From contig JACJZI010000014.1 in assembly GCA_020635655.1 (NCBI GenBank), forward strand, positions 622 to 64,621: a DNA stretch of 64,000 nt, read 5' to 3'. Made by a program: the position numbers and the translations under genes. Shown one piece after another: positions 9,286-18,258 of this stretch. The DNA is from Flavobacteriales bacterium. Its GTDB lineage: Bacteria > Bacteroidota > Bacteroidia > Flavobacteriales_F > PHOS-HE28. The notes beneath the pieces are model-generated. The model was given only the letters and a program-made list of their open reading frames with translations, did not search any database and was not told the origin of the DNA. Position 1 is the first letter of the stretch; each line of letters opens with the position of its first letter.

Positions 9286-9425
9286 ACCTTCGTTGATCGT
9301 GTGCCGTGGTTCCACCGCGGGATCTACACACAATGCCAACATGGAACGAGAACGGCCTCGGCGCCAGTGGACACACATCCGGCATCCGTGATGCGATGCG
9401 GTATGCACCCATTGCCACCGCCTGC

Positions 9426-9433
9426 TATCTTTG
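9426..9433 (+). promoter_or_regulatory. Bacteroidota-type -7 box TAtcTTTG upstream of tRNA-Ser/tRNA-Pro
   Basis: Exact TAnnTTTG match, 31 nt upstream of the tRNA-Ser 5-prime end, in an otherwise non-coding stretch. Confidence 0.4.
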
Positions 9434-9463
9434 CCGCCCGCTTGGGCCGAAGGGTCCCAGCCT

Positions 9464-9553
<90 letters not shown>

Positions 9554-9626
9554 TCCCGGTCGCCGCGCACATGCGAAGGTGATCGGAGCACGAAAGGAGC
9601 CAGCGATGGTCTCTTGATATCCTGTT

Positions 9627-9701
9627 CGGGGTGTAGCGCAGCCCGGTTAGCGCACCTGCTTTGGGAGCAGGGGGTCGTGCGTTCGAATCGCACCACCCCG
9701 A
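9627..9701 (+). tRNA. tRNA-Pro (anticodon TGG)
   Basis: Sequence CGGGGTGTAGCGCAGCCCGGTTAGCGCACCTGCTTTGGGAGCAGGGGGTCGTGCGTTCGAATCGCACCACCCCGA. Anticodon stem is CCTGC/GCAGG with loop TT-TGG-GA. T arm is GTGCG-TTCGAAT-CGCAC. Acceptor stem is CGGGGTG/CACCCCG. Confidence 0.9.
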
Positions 9702-9766
9702 CGAACAGCAAGGATGGCGCGGCCTGCGCCCAGCGCCGGAGCGCCCGTGATGCAATGTCGCGGGCC

Positions 9767-9774
9767 TACCTTTG
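9767..9774 (+). promoter_or_regulatory. Bacteroidota-type -7 box TAccTTTG upstream of the thiolase gene
   Basis: Exact TAnnTTTG match, 25 nt upstream of ATG 9799. Confidence 0.4.
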
Positions 9775-9798
9775 CCCCCTTCAAAACACGCATTGCAC

Positions 9799-10977
9799 AT
9801 GGCCCGTGAAGTCGTCATCGTATCCGCCGTCCGCACACCCATCGGCAGTTTCCTCGGTTCGCTCGCATCCGTTCCCGCGCCCAGGCTCGGGGCCACCGCG
9901 ATCCAGGCCGCGCTGCAAAAGGCGGGTCTCGATCCGAAGGAGGTGGACGAGGTGTTCATGGGTTGCGTGCTGCAAGCCGATCTGGGTCAGGCGCCCGCGC
10001 GTCAGGCCTCGATCTTCGCCGGGATCGGTCCCAATGTGCCCTGCACGACCGTGAACAAGGTGTGCGCGTCCGGCATGAAGGCGATCATGCTCGGGGCCCA
10101 GACCATCCTCAGTGGTGACAACGATGTGGTGGTCGCCGGTGGCATGGAGAACATGAGCAGTGTGCCGCACTACCTCAACGGTCGTGGCGGACAGAAGCTC
10201 GGGGACATCAAGCTGACCGACGGCATGGTGAAGGACGGGTTGACGGACGTTTACCACAACTATCACATGGGCAATGCCGCCGAGCTCTGCGCGCGCGAGT
10301 GCCAGATCAGCCGGGAGGACCAGGACGCGTTCGCCATCGAGAGCTACAAGCGGAGCACGGCCGCCTGGAAGGAGGGCCGGTTCAAGGAGGAGGTGGTCCC
10401 GGTGGAAGTGCCGCAGCGCAAGGGGGATCCGCTGGTGTTCGCCGAGGACGAGGAATACAAGAGCGTGAACTTCGAGAAGATCCCGCAACTGAAGCCGGTG
10501 TTCGACAAGGCCGGTACGGTGACCGCCGCGAACGCCAGCACCCTGAACGACGGTGCGGCGGCCCTGGTGCTGATGAGCGCTGAGAAGGCCAGGGAGCTGG
10601 GCTTGAAGCCGATCGCCCGGATCGTTTCCTACGCCGATGCCGCACAGGCCCCGGAATGGTTCACCACCGCACCGAGCAAGGCCCTGCCAAAGGCCCTCCA
10701 GAAGGCCGGGCTCGACGCCGCCAAGATCGACCTGTGGGAGTTGAACGAGGCCTTCTCCGTGGTGGGCATCGCCAACAACCGGGAGATGAAGCTCGACCCC
10801 GCAAAGGTGAACGTGAACGGCGGTGCGGTGAGCCTCGGCCATCCGTTGGGCTGCAGCGGTGCCCGCATCATCGTGACGCTGATCAACGCCCTCCGGCAGC
10901 GCGACCTGAAGCGGGGTGCCGCCGGCATCTGCAATGGCGGTGGTGGCGCGAGCGCGATGGTCGTGGAGGTGCTCTAG
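9799..10977 (+). CDS. Acetyl-CoA C-acetyltransferase (thiolase II)
   Basis: N-terminus [22 protein letters not shown]. The active-site Cys region is [12 protein letters not shown]-terminal signatures are [18 protein letters not shown] and [14 protein letters not shown]. The start is trimmed from the track start at 9772. Confidence 0.92.
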   Translation: MAREVVIVSAVRTPIGSFLGSLASVPAPRLGATAIQAALQKAGLDPKEVDEVFMGCVLQADLGQAPARQASIFAGIGPNVPCTTVNKVCASGMKAIMLGAQTILSGDNDVVVAGGMENMSSVPHYLNGRGGQKLGDIKLTDGMVKDGLTDVYHNYHMGNAAELCARECQISREDQDAFAIESYKRSTAAWKEGRFKEEVVPVEVPQRKGDPLVFAEDEEYKSVNFEKIPQLKPVFDKAGTVTAANASTLNDGAAALVLMSAEKARELGLKPIARIVSYADAAQAPEWFTTAPSKALPKALQKAGLDAAKIDLWELNEAFSVVGIANNREMKLDPAKVNVNGGAVSLGHPLGCSGARIIVTLINALRQRDLKRGAAGICNGGGGASAMVVEVL

Positions 10978-10997
10978 GTCCGCTGCACTTCTTGCCT

Positions 10998-11774
10998 ATG
11001 ACCGATACCGCGCGTTCGAGCCCCGTCATCTGTCCCCTCTCCATCGTACCGGTGCGCAGGGAACCCGGCGACCGCAGCGAGATGGTCTCGCAATGGCTCT
11101 TCGGCGAAACGGGTGAACGCATCGAACAACGCGACGGATGGTCGCTGGTGAAGTTCGACCACGATGGCTATGCCGGCTGGGTGGACGACAAGCAGGTGCT
11201 CGCCTGCGACACTCCGAACTACGACCCCGACCTGCGCGTGATCGATCAGACCACGATCCTGGACCTCGGCGATCGTCAGGTGCTCCTCCCCTATGGTGGC
11301 GTGCTGCCCTTCTACGCGGACGGCGCGATCCTCTGGGGCGAGCGACGCATACCGGTCAAGGCGGTGACCAACCAGCGTGCGGATGGTGAGCGGGCCGAAC
11401 TCCTGGACCTCTACCTCCATCCGTTCCTAGGGGCGCCCTATCTCTGGGGTGGCCGAACGCCCGGTGGCGTCGATTGCAGCGGGATGGTGCAGATGCTCTT
11501 CATCCTGATGGGCATCTATCTGCCGCGCGACGCCCACCAGCAGGCCGAGGAGGGCGATGCCGTGGAACTGGTCGACCTCGCCGTACCCGGGGACCTTGCG
11601 TTCTTCGACAACGACGAGGGCCGCATCACCCATGTCGGCATCGTGCTCCCCGACCACCGCATCGCCCACGCCAGCGGTCGCGTTCGCATCGACAAGCTGG
11701 ACCATCAGGGGATCTTCGATGCGGAGCGCCAACGGTATTCGCACCGACTGCGGCTGATCCGGCGCGTGCTGTAG
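10998..11774 (+). CDS. NlpC/P60 (C40) family peptidase with N-terminal SH3b-like domain
   Basis: The start MTDTARSS was chosen after the thiolase stop; the track ORF from 10656 overlaps thiolase. The SH3-like region is VPVRREPGDRSEMVSQWLFGETGERIEQRDGWSLVKFDHDGYAGWV. Catalytic motifs are GVDCSGMVQMLF and GRITHVGIVLPDHRIAHASG. Confidence 0.8.
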   Translation: MTDTARSSPVICPLSIVPVRREPGDRSEMVSQWLFGETGERIEQRDGWSLVKFDHDGYAGWVDDKQVLACDTPNYDPDLRVIDQTTILDLGDRQVLLPYGGVLPFYADGAILWGERRIPVKAVTNQRADGERAELLDLYLHPFLGAPYLWGGRTPGGVDCSGMVQMLFILMGIYLPRDAHQQAEEGDAVELVDLAVPGDLAFFDNDEGRITHVGIVLPDHRIAHASGRVRIDKLDHQGIFDAERQRYSHRLRLIRRVL

Positions 11775-11795
11775 CCCGTTGGATCCTGTCACGCT

Positions 11796-14156
11796 TCAGA
11801 ACCGCAATGTGTATTGCAGCACGGGGAGCAGCCCGAGCTGTGGGACATCCACGATGCGTTGCTTCGTACGGTCGTAGTCCTGGTATACCGTGGTGCTTCC
11901 GCCGAGCACGTTCTGCACATCGACCTTGATCTCGTGACTGGTCTTCGGTCGACCTTCGCGGTAGGCGATCACCACGTCGAGCTTGTGCACCGCGTCCCCT
12001 TTCTCGCTCCACGCGGATGGTGCGTCCACTTCCTCACCGGCGGCCTGGCTGGCCGCGAGATCGATCGGGGTGCGGTATTGCCCGCCGACCACGGAATACC
12101 GGAATCCTGTGGTGAGCACGCGGTCCCTGCCGGCGCGGCCGAGCTTCCATTCCTTGCCGGCGAGCACGTTGCCCACCACACCCAGATCGAAACGGGAATG
12201 GTGCCAATGGCCGTCCAATGCCTTGTATTCGGCGCTGCTCACCGAGGCGGTGGCCAGGGCATGCCATCCATGGGTGAAGAACTTCTCCACGGACAGTTCC
12301 AGACCGGTATTGTGGCCGGTGCCCTTGTTCACCAGATCACGCGTGGTGAACCAACCGTCGTAGTTCGCCAGACAGAAACTGCTGTTGGGATCGTTCTCCA
12401 CCGGCAGGTCATAGAGATACTGGTGGTAGGCTTCGACCTTCAGTTGGACATCCTCTGCCAGTTGCTGCTCATAGCCCAGGACGATGTGGGCGGCGCGTGA
12501 CAGTCCCAGGTCGGCGTTGGGCCGGTATGTGGTCCCGTCCGCATCGACATCCTGCGCGAGGTAGGTCATGATCGTCTCGGTGCGCGAATGGAGACCCGCT
12601 CCGAGGCTGATGGCCCGTTCGGGCCGCGGCTGCCAGCGGACCGCCATGCGCGGCTCGATGCTGGTGCTTCCGTTCAAGGCGTAGTGGAGCGCATGCAGAC
12701 CACCGGTGACCGTCCATCGTTCGGTCCAACGGTACTTCCAGCTCGTGAACGCCTGCAGCGTGGTGGCGGCGCCACGGGAATCGAGCTGGGTGACCAGTCG
12801 CTGGGCATCAGGCTCCCAGCTTTGGCCATGCATGCGGTAGTTCTCCACGGAAACGATGATCCCGTTGCGGACCTTCAGGCGCTCGTTCAACCGTGTGTTG
12901 AGCACGGTGGTGCCCTGCACGGTCCACTTGTCCAGCGCGTCGATGGCGCGGTCCTCCAGCGCCCCTTCGCCGGGTGCGGGGTCCTCCTTGTAATCGGTGG
13001 AACTCCCGTTCCCGCTCAGACTGACGGTGGAATAGAGGTAGTTGTTCTTCCCGATGAGCAGCGTGTGCGTCAGACCGGCCACGCCCATGTACGATCCGAA
13101 GTCGGCCCGGCTGAAGAGCGTATCCTCCACCACACCGCGATCCTCCTGCAGGATGTGACTGAGGCCACCCAGACCGAAGAGGGAGAAGATGCCGGCGCGA
13201 CCTGTCGGAAGGTGCACATGGAAGGCCCCGTCGGTGTATTTCGGCACGCCCTGGTAGTCCACGATGCCGGCCTGGTCCAGCAGGGCCAGTGTGGAATAGC
13301 GGTAATTGACCAGGTAGGATCCGCCCTGGCCGCCGAGCGGACCCTCCGCCGTGAGGTCCGTGCCCAGCACACCCGCCTTCAGCGTGTACTCCCGCTTGCG
13401 GTCGTTGCCCTTCCGCAGACGCATGTCGAAGACCGCACTGGTGGCATTTCCGTATTCCGCCGTGAAGGCCCCGGTGTAGAATTCGGAGTTGTCGATCACA
13501 TCGCTGTTCAACACATTGATCGGCCCGCCGGTGGATCCCTCCTCGCTGAAGTGGTTCGGGTTGGGGATCTCCACACCTTCCATGCGCCAGAGCACACCCT
13601 TGGGGGAATTGCCACGAACGATGATCGTATTGTCCCCGGCCGGATCACCCGCCACGCCCGGGAAGGTGCTCACCATGCGGGCGGGATCATTGATGCCCCC
13701 GGCGATCCGGGAGGTCTCCTCCACGCTGATCTCCCGTCCGCTCAACAGGACCATGTCGTTGCGCAATTCGCCCTTCCGGCGGGCATTGGTCACCTCCACC
13801 TCCTGCATCTGCACGATGGACTCCTGCAGGCGGAGCTCCAGCACCGTCTCCTTCGCCGTGTTCACCAGGATGTTCTGAAGCCGTTGCTCCTCGTGGCCGA
13901 GCATCCGCACATCGAGGTCGATGCGACCGGCAGGTACATCCGCGATGACGAATCGACCGTCCATATCGGTCGTGCCGCCGAGCAGGGGTTCCGATCCCAC
14001 CACAACGACCGTGGCGCCGAAGAGGGGTTGATGTGTGTCGAGGTCGACGACCGTGCCGCGTACGGTGCCCTCCGCAACGGCGGGCCGGTCCTGTGCAGAG
14101 AGCACGGTCCGAGCGAGCAGCAACGCAATGGTCAGGGTGGATCGGAAGGGATGCAT
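11796..14156 (-). CDS. TonB-dependent receptor (CarboxypepD_reg-like N-domain, plug, beta-barrel); no STN signalling domain
   Basis: 786 aa. A signal peptide is followed directly by GTVRGTVVDLDTHQPLFGATVVVVG...TDMDGRFVIADVPAG. The plug-like region reads IIVRGNSPKGVLWRMEGVEIPNPNHF. A long barrel ends ...LGLLPVLQYTLRF with an aromatic terminus. Confidence 0.85.
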   Translation of the reverse strand: MHPFRSTLTIALLLARTVLSAQDRPAVAEGTVRGTVVDLDTHQPLFGATVVVVGSEPLLGGTTDMDGRFVIADVPAGRIDLDVRMLGHEEQRLQNILVNTAKETVLELRLQESIVQMQEVEVTNARRKGELRNDMVLLSGREISVEETSRIAGGINDPARMVSTFPGVAGDPAGDNTIIVRGNSPKGVLWRMEGVEIPNPNHFSEEGSTGGPINVLNSDVIDNSEFYTGAFTAEYGNATSAVFDMRLRKGNDRKREYTLKAGVLGTDLTAEGPLGGQGGSYLVNYRYSTLALLDQAGIVDYQGVPKYTDGAFHVHLPTGRAGIFSLFGLGGLSHILQEDRGVVEDTLFSRADFGSYMGVAGLTHTLLIGKNNYLYSTVSLSGNGSSTDYKEDPAPGEGALEDRAIDALDKWTVQGTTVLNTRLNERLKVRNGIIVSVENYRMHGQSWEPDAQRLVTQLDSRGAATTLQAFTSWKYRWTERWTVTGGLHALHYALNGSTSIEPRMAVRWQPRPERAISLGAGLHSRTETIMTYLAQDVDADGTTYRPNADLGLSRAAHIVLGYEQQLAEDVQLKVEAYHQYLYDLPVENDPNSSFCLANYDGWFTTRDLVNKGTGHNTGLELSVEKFFTHGWHALATASVSSAEYKALDGHWHHSRFDLGVVGNVLAGKEWKLGRAGRDRVLTTGFRYSVVGGQYRTPIDLAASQAAGEEVDAPSAWSEKGDAVHKLDVVIAYREGRPKTSHEIKVDVQNVLGGSTTVYQDYDRTKQRIVDVPQLGLLPVLQYTLRF

Positions 14157-14318
14157 GTGGAGGGCTGTGTTTGGGTTTCCGGGAGTAGGACGGCCATCCC
14201 CTGGAATACCCCCATCCGATCGGAAAAGAATTCGTCACCCACCGGGACCGGACCCGGGTCGCGGGTATTGGCGGACGCTCCACGTGCGATATCTTCCCTC
14301 GATCAAACCCCCTCCATC

Positions 14319-14762
14319 ATGCGCTTCTCCATCCTCTTCGCCTTCTTCGCCCTGACGGCCGGCGATGGTATCGCCCAGCAATTCAAGGTCGTGACCATCG
14401 TGGAAAGCATCATCCCTGCAGGCACCGGCCGGTCGCGGATGATCGAATCCACCAGCGACATCGATTCCGAAGCGGCCACCACGGAGCGCACCAACGGCAA
14501 GGACAGCGATCAGGGGGACGTGAAACGAGGCGATCTGAAGGTGGACAACTTCAAGGAGACCAAGCTGCTGAACTTTTTCAGCGTGGTGGGCATCAACTTC
14601 CAGAACATCGCCTCCAACGACGCGCTGATCACCGACAAGATCAACAAGCTGGCCGCCGAGGGCTGGGAGTTGGTCCATGTGGCCAGTGGTGTGGAAAGCG
14701 ACGCCGGCAAGGATGACGGCCAGGGCATCTTCATCACCCGGCTGTTCTTCCGCAAGGACTAG
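14319..14762 (+). CDS. Small secreted protein with a DUF4177-like C-terminal half
   Basis: Only the last 147 codons of the chimeric track ORF 12588-14762 lie outside the TonB-dependent receptor antisense region. This part starts with a signal-like MRFSILFAFFALTAGDGIAQ. It has a Lys/Asp-rich composition unlike shadow ORFs, and a KINKLAAEGWELVHVAS motif reminiscent of DUF4177. Confidence 0.6.
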   Translation: MRFSILFAFFALTAGDGIAQQFKVVTIVESIIPAGTGRSRMIESTSDIDSEAATTERTNGKDSDQGDVKRGDLKVDNFKETKLLNFFSVVGINFQNIASNDALITDKINKLAAEGWELVHVASGVESDAGKDDGQGIFITRLFFRKD

Positions 14763-14770
14763 CGGCCACC

Positions 14771-16693
14771 TCAGAAGCGTACCCCGACCCCCGCCCGCCA
14801 GCCGACCCAGGCGCGCGTGAGCAGGTCCGTATGCTCCTGCTGGTCGAACGCCCGGTCCGCCGCGAGCGCGGAGAGCCAGGCGTGGGTGTCGGGATCACGC
14901 CAGTTCGAGATGAGCACGTTGAGCACCGGCCCGGCCGAGACCACGAGCCGGTCCCAGAAGGCATAGCCGTAGATCAGCTCCAACCTGCCCACGATGTTCA
15001 CGGCGTCGACCCAATACCATCCCTCGTTGACCTGTTCGGCGATGAGGGCGATGTCCAGCAGACCACGCCTGCCGATCCGTGGTTCGGTACCGATGCCGTA
15101 GTGGAAAGCCCAGGTGCTGTCCTCCCCGACCGGGGGTGACCACCCCAGGATGTTGTGGAAGGCACGGGTGCCGGTGCGCAGGGAGAGCGTGAGGGGAAGC
15201 ACGTCCGTGCTGAAGGCGTCCAGGCGGTGATAACCATGCAGGGCCACGCTCAGTACGCCGATGCTGACACCGGTGATCGTGTCGCTGAGATTGATGAAGC
15301 CGACCTGCGAGCCTTCGCTGCGCAGGGCGAAGTTCACGGCGCCCACCTGTCCACCGCGGACCGTGCCGCTGACCGCGTTCACCCCAAAGCTGAACTGGCC
15401 ACCGGTGACCTCCCTGGCGTAGTTCGCACCGAAGCCGATCTGGCCGCCACCCACCGTACCCAGGGCGGCGTTCATCCCGAGGGTGAACTGCACACCTTCG
15501 ATGTTCCGCCCGAAGTTGAACCCACCGGAGAACTGGGCCTTCCGCACATCGCCGAGCGCCACGTTCGCCCCGCCACTGGTCTGTGAACCGTCGACATCGG
15601 AAAGTGCGACGTTCACCCCACCGCAGACCTGGGGGCCCCGCATGCGCCCCTTGGCCACGTTGGCCCCGCCCGCGATCTGCACGCCGGCAAGCGTATCCCA
15701 GACGACGTTGGCGAAACCGCCGAGCTGCAGACCCTGCAGGGAACGCATCGCGTGGTTGATGCCACCGGAGATCTGCGCACCGTGCACCTCACGGCCGACA
15801 AGGTTGGCCAGTCCCGCTAGTTGCACACCCCGCACATCGCGGGTGTCGATGTTCAATCCGAGCCCGATCTCCGCCCCTTCCACACCCCGCGCGAATCCGC
15901 AGAACACATTGAAGGAAAAGGCGTTCACCGTGGCGGCACCCACTTCGCCGTTCGTGCCCACTCCCGGGACCAATGTCACCTGCCAAGGCGCACGACGGAC
16001 GAAACCGAGGTTGGCGGCCTGGTCGAATTGACCGGCGGGCACCAGCAGCCGTGCCACGCCGAGATCCTCCACCCCGCACCGATCATGCAGGCAGATCGGC
16101 TCCAGACGTTCGACCTTTTCACGCGGGCGGATCGCGACCAACAATTCCTGGCCCATATGACCCGGAAACACAACGGTGTCGAGGTATCCCACGCGTGAGA
16201 ACAGCAAGGCGGCGCCTTCCTCCTCTCCCTTCAGGGTGAGTTCGAAACGCCCGGACGGCCCGGTGGTGACGCCATTGGAGCGACGCACCTCCACCACACT
16301 GACACGTCCAAGGGGAACACCGGTATGCGCATCCATGACCTGTCCGCTGAGCGGATGTCTGGTGCGGTCCTCGGTGCGCCGCGCCAGGATCAGGTGCTCA
16401 CCGCTCTCGCGCATGATGATGGCCTCCGGCAGAAGCCCGCGCATCACCTCATCCACCCGGCCGCCCTGCGCGTTGACGGAGACAAGGCTGTCCTCCGGAA
16501 GGATCCGTGAATTGTAGCTGAGCCGGAAACCACCGTCCAGAGCGACCAGTTCAAGCGCACGCGCCAGACGGACATTGCCCGCCTGCACGGTCACCGTTCG
16601 CCGCAGGATGGACTGGGCCGGAAGGGCCGTCACGATCAGGAGGCCCCCCAGTACCGCCACGAACCATTGCCAACGCTCAACACCCATCGCCAT
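14771..16693 (-). CDS. Outer-membrane protein: signal peptide, STN-like domain, CarboxypepD_reg-like domain, 16-residue repeat array, short C-terminal beta-rich domain. No plug or TonB-dependent barrel seen
   Basis: 640 aa. The STN-like region is RTVTVQAGNVRLARALELVALDGGFRLSYNSRILPEDSLVSVNAQGGRVDEVMRGLLPEAII. The CarboxypepD_reg-like region is LSGQVMDAHTGVPLGRVSVVEVRRSNGVTTGPSGRFELTL. Repeats span aa ~245-485. The C-terminus ...RAWVGWRAGVGVRF looks like an OMP terminus. The start overlaps the FecR stop by 17 nt. Confidence 0.8.
   Translation of the reverse strand: MAMGVERWQWFVAVLGGLLIVTALPAQSILRRTVTVQAGNVRLARALELVALDGGFRLSYNSRILPEDSLVSVNAQGGRVDEVMRGLLPEAIIMRESGEHLILARRTEDRTRHPLSGQVMDAHTGVPLGRVSVVEVRRSNGVTTGPSGRFELTLKGEEEGAALLFSRVGYLDTVVFPGHMGQELLVAIRPREKVERLEPICLHDRCGVEDLGVARLLVPAGQFDQAANLGFVRRAPWQVTLVPGVGTNGEVGAATVNAFSFNVFCGFARGVEGAEIGLGLNIDTRDVRGVQLAGLANLVGREVHGAQISGGINHAMRSLQGLQLGGFANVVWDTLAGVQIAGGANVAKGRMRGPQVCGGVNVALSDVDGSQTSGGANVALGDVRKAQFSGGFNFGRNIEGVQFTLGMNAALGTVGGGQIGFGANYAREVTGGQFSFGVNAVSGTVRGGQVGAVNFALRSEGSQVGFINLSDTITGVSIGVLSVALHGYHRLDAFSTDVLPLTLSLRTGTRAFHNILGWSPPVGEDSTWAFHYGIGTEPRIGRRGLLDIALIAEQVNEGWYWVDAVNIVGRLELIYGYAFWDRLVVSAGPVLNVLISNWRDPDTHAWLSALAADRAFDQQEHTDLLTRAWVGWRAGVGVRF
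15239..15961 (-). repeat. Coding array of ~15 degenerate 16-residue repeats (G-x-Q-x-[AS]-G-G-x-N-x-A-x5)
   Basis: Consecutive 14-16 aa units read from the translation include: GVQLAGLANLVGREVH, GAQISGGINHAMRSLQ, GLQLGGFANVVWDTLA, GVQIAGGANVAKGRMR, GPQVCGGVNVALSDVD, GSQTSGGANVALGDVR, KAQFSGGFNFGRNIE, GVQFTLGMNAALGTVG, GGQIGFGANYAREVT, GGQFSFGVNAVSGTVR, GGQVGAVNFALRSE and GSQVGFINLSDTIT. Confidence 0.75.
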
Positions 16694-17636
16694 CGAGGAG
16701 GAAGGAGCCGTCCGGGCGATGCTCCACCCGCATGCCGAACGTGTTCGCGATCACCTGCAAGACGGCGTCGATCGGTTCGTCCGCGAAGGTGGCGGTGAGC
16801 CGACAACGGCCCAGCTCCGGTGACGCGAGCGCGACATGCACCGAGTAGAGGATCGAAAGCTGTTCCACGACCTGCTCCAGGGGTGCATCATCGAATTGCA
16901 GGATCCGCTCTCCCCAACGCTGGAAGGATGCCGAACGCATGTGTTCCAGCATGCCCGTGGTCCGACCATAGCGCGCGGTCTCTCCCGCGATCAGCACAAC
17001 GGTATCCTTCGGCACCACGACCCGGACCCTTCCCGTCCGCACACGCACCTCGCGGACGTCGGAGGTATCGTAGGCCGTGACCTCGAACATGGTACCGAGC
17101 ACCGTGACCTCCATGTCCTGTGCATGCACCACGAAGGGATGTTCCGCATCATGTGCCACCTCGAAATAGACCTTGCCCTGGACCTCCACCTCTCGCGTGA
17201 GTCCGATCCGTGCGGTGGCCTGTGATCCCTCCGCGAGTACCATCCGACTGCTGTCCGGGAGCAGGGTGTCCAGCGAAGCATCGATCGCTGCGAACCGATC
17301 GGTGGCAGGTGCAATGAGCAGCCGCACGGCGAAAAAGACCCCGGTGAGCACTGCTGCGGCCGCTGCCCAGGGCAGGATCCGCCGCATGCCGATGACCCGA
17401 CCTCGGCCGGTGCGCATGCGTGCGGAAAGCGTCGCCCAGGCCTTGTCCACATCCACCTCAGGCGCATCCTCACCATCGGCACCCAGGGACCAAAGCACCT
17501 GCATGCGTTGAAGCTCCAATGCATTGTCCGGATGCGACGCTGCCCAACGCTCCACCGCGGTGGTGGTGGCGGGATCCGCCTCACCGGCCACAAAGCGCGC
17601 CAGCTGTTCGCTCGCTATTTCCCCTTTCCCGTTCAC
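16677..17636 (-). CDS. FecR-family anti-sigma factor (single TM)
   Basis: 319 aa. The N-terminal anti-sigma region is LARFVAGEADPATTTAVERWAASHP. The TM segment is ILPWAAAAAVLTGVFFAVRLL. The periplasmic FecR-like part reads KVYFEVAHDAEHPFVVHAQDMEVTVLGTMFEVTAY. A C-terminal domain follows (PLEQVVEQLSILYSVHVAL...). Confidence 0.85.
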   Translation of the reverse strand: MNGKGEIASEQLARFVAGEADPATTTAVERWAASHPDNALELQRMQVLWSLGADGEDAPEVDVDKAWATLSARMRTGRGRVIGMRRILPWAAAAAVLTGVFFAVRLLIAPATDRFAAIDASLDTLLPDSSRMVLAEGSQATARIGLTREVEVQGKVYFEVAHDAEHPFVVHAQDMEVTVLGTMFEVTAYDTSDVREVRVRTGRVRVVVPKDTVVLIAGETARYGRTTGMLEHMRSASFQRWGERILQFDDAPLEQVVEQLSILYSVHVALASPELGRCRLTATFADEPIDAVLQVIANTFGMRVEHRPDGSFLLDGDGC

Positions 17637-17675
17637 GGGTCCGCATACCTATGACAAGCATCCCTGTGCATACCC

Positions 17676-18233
17676 CTATCCGTTCCACCACAACAACCAG
17701 CCGATCACCGGCAGCAGGTCGGCGAGTTCGGTACGAAGTGTCTTCAGTGCCTTGCCCATCTGGTTCTCCACGGTCTTCACCGAAATGCCGAGCCGGTCCG
17801 CGATCTCGTGGTACTTCAATCCCTCGTAGCGGCTCAGTTCGAAGACCTTCCGGCGTTCGGTGGGCAGGTCGGCGATCGCGGCCCGGACACGTGCGGCCCG
17901 CTCCGCATGGTCCCGCTCATCGACCGCCTCCTCCTGGCCCTTCTCCTGCACTTCGGTGTATAGGGGGACCAGCCGCGCGCTTTGCTTCAATGCGGTCAGG
18001 CAGCGGTTCCTGACGGCCGTGAAGAGGTAGGCCTTCAGCGAGGTGGTGATATGCAGCCGGGCGCGGTCCTCCCAGAGCTTGAAGAAGAGCTCCTGGACCA
18101 GGTCCTCCGTGCGATCGCGGTCCTTGAGGTACTGATACGCGAAGGCGCAGAGCGGTCGGTAGTGCGCCCGGAACAGGGCTTCCATGGCGCTTTCGTCACC
18201 GGCGGCGATCCGTTGGAATTCCTCTGCGCTCAT
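17676..18233 (-). CDS. ECF (sigma-70 family, group 4) RNA polymerase sigma factor
   Basis: 185 aa. Region 2 reads EDLVQELFFKLWEDRARL...AYLFTAVRNRCLTALK. Region 4 reads LPTERRKVFELSRYEGLKYHEIADRLGISVKTVENQMGKALKTLR. Confidence 0.9.
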   Translation of the reverse strand: MSAEEFQRIAAGDESAMEALFRAHYRPLCAFAYQYLKDRDRTEDLVQELFFKLWEDRARLHITTSLKAYLFTAVRNRCLTALKQSARLVPLYTEVQEKGQEEAVDERDHAERAARVRAAIADLPTERRKVFELSRYEGLKYHEIADRLGISVKTVENQMGKALKTLRTELADLLPVIGWLLWWNG

Positions 18234-18258
18234 GAACGCGGCCGAAGATAGCGGGGCT

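Noticed and set aside
6936-9287. Other long antisense ORFs: 6936-9287, 883-1731, 1822-3069, 12588-14318, 24065-25309, 34810-35898 and 41173-42336. Also 45301-46335, 46439-48034, 48890-50029, 51010-52584, 53590-54714, 55026-55838 and 61530-63005.
   Set aside because: Each lies opposite a gene with clear family signatures. All are Arg/Gly/His/Pro/Val-rich with no recognisable domains. This is the same GC3-driven lack of stop codons seen opposite clpB.
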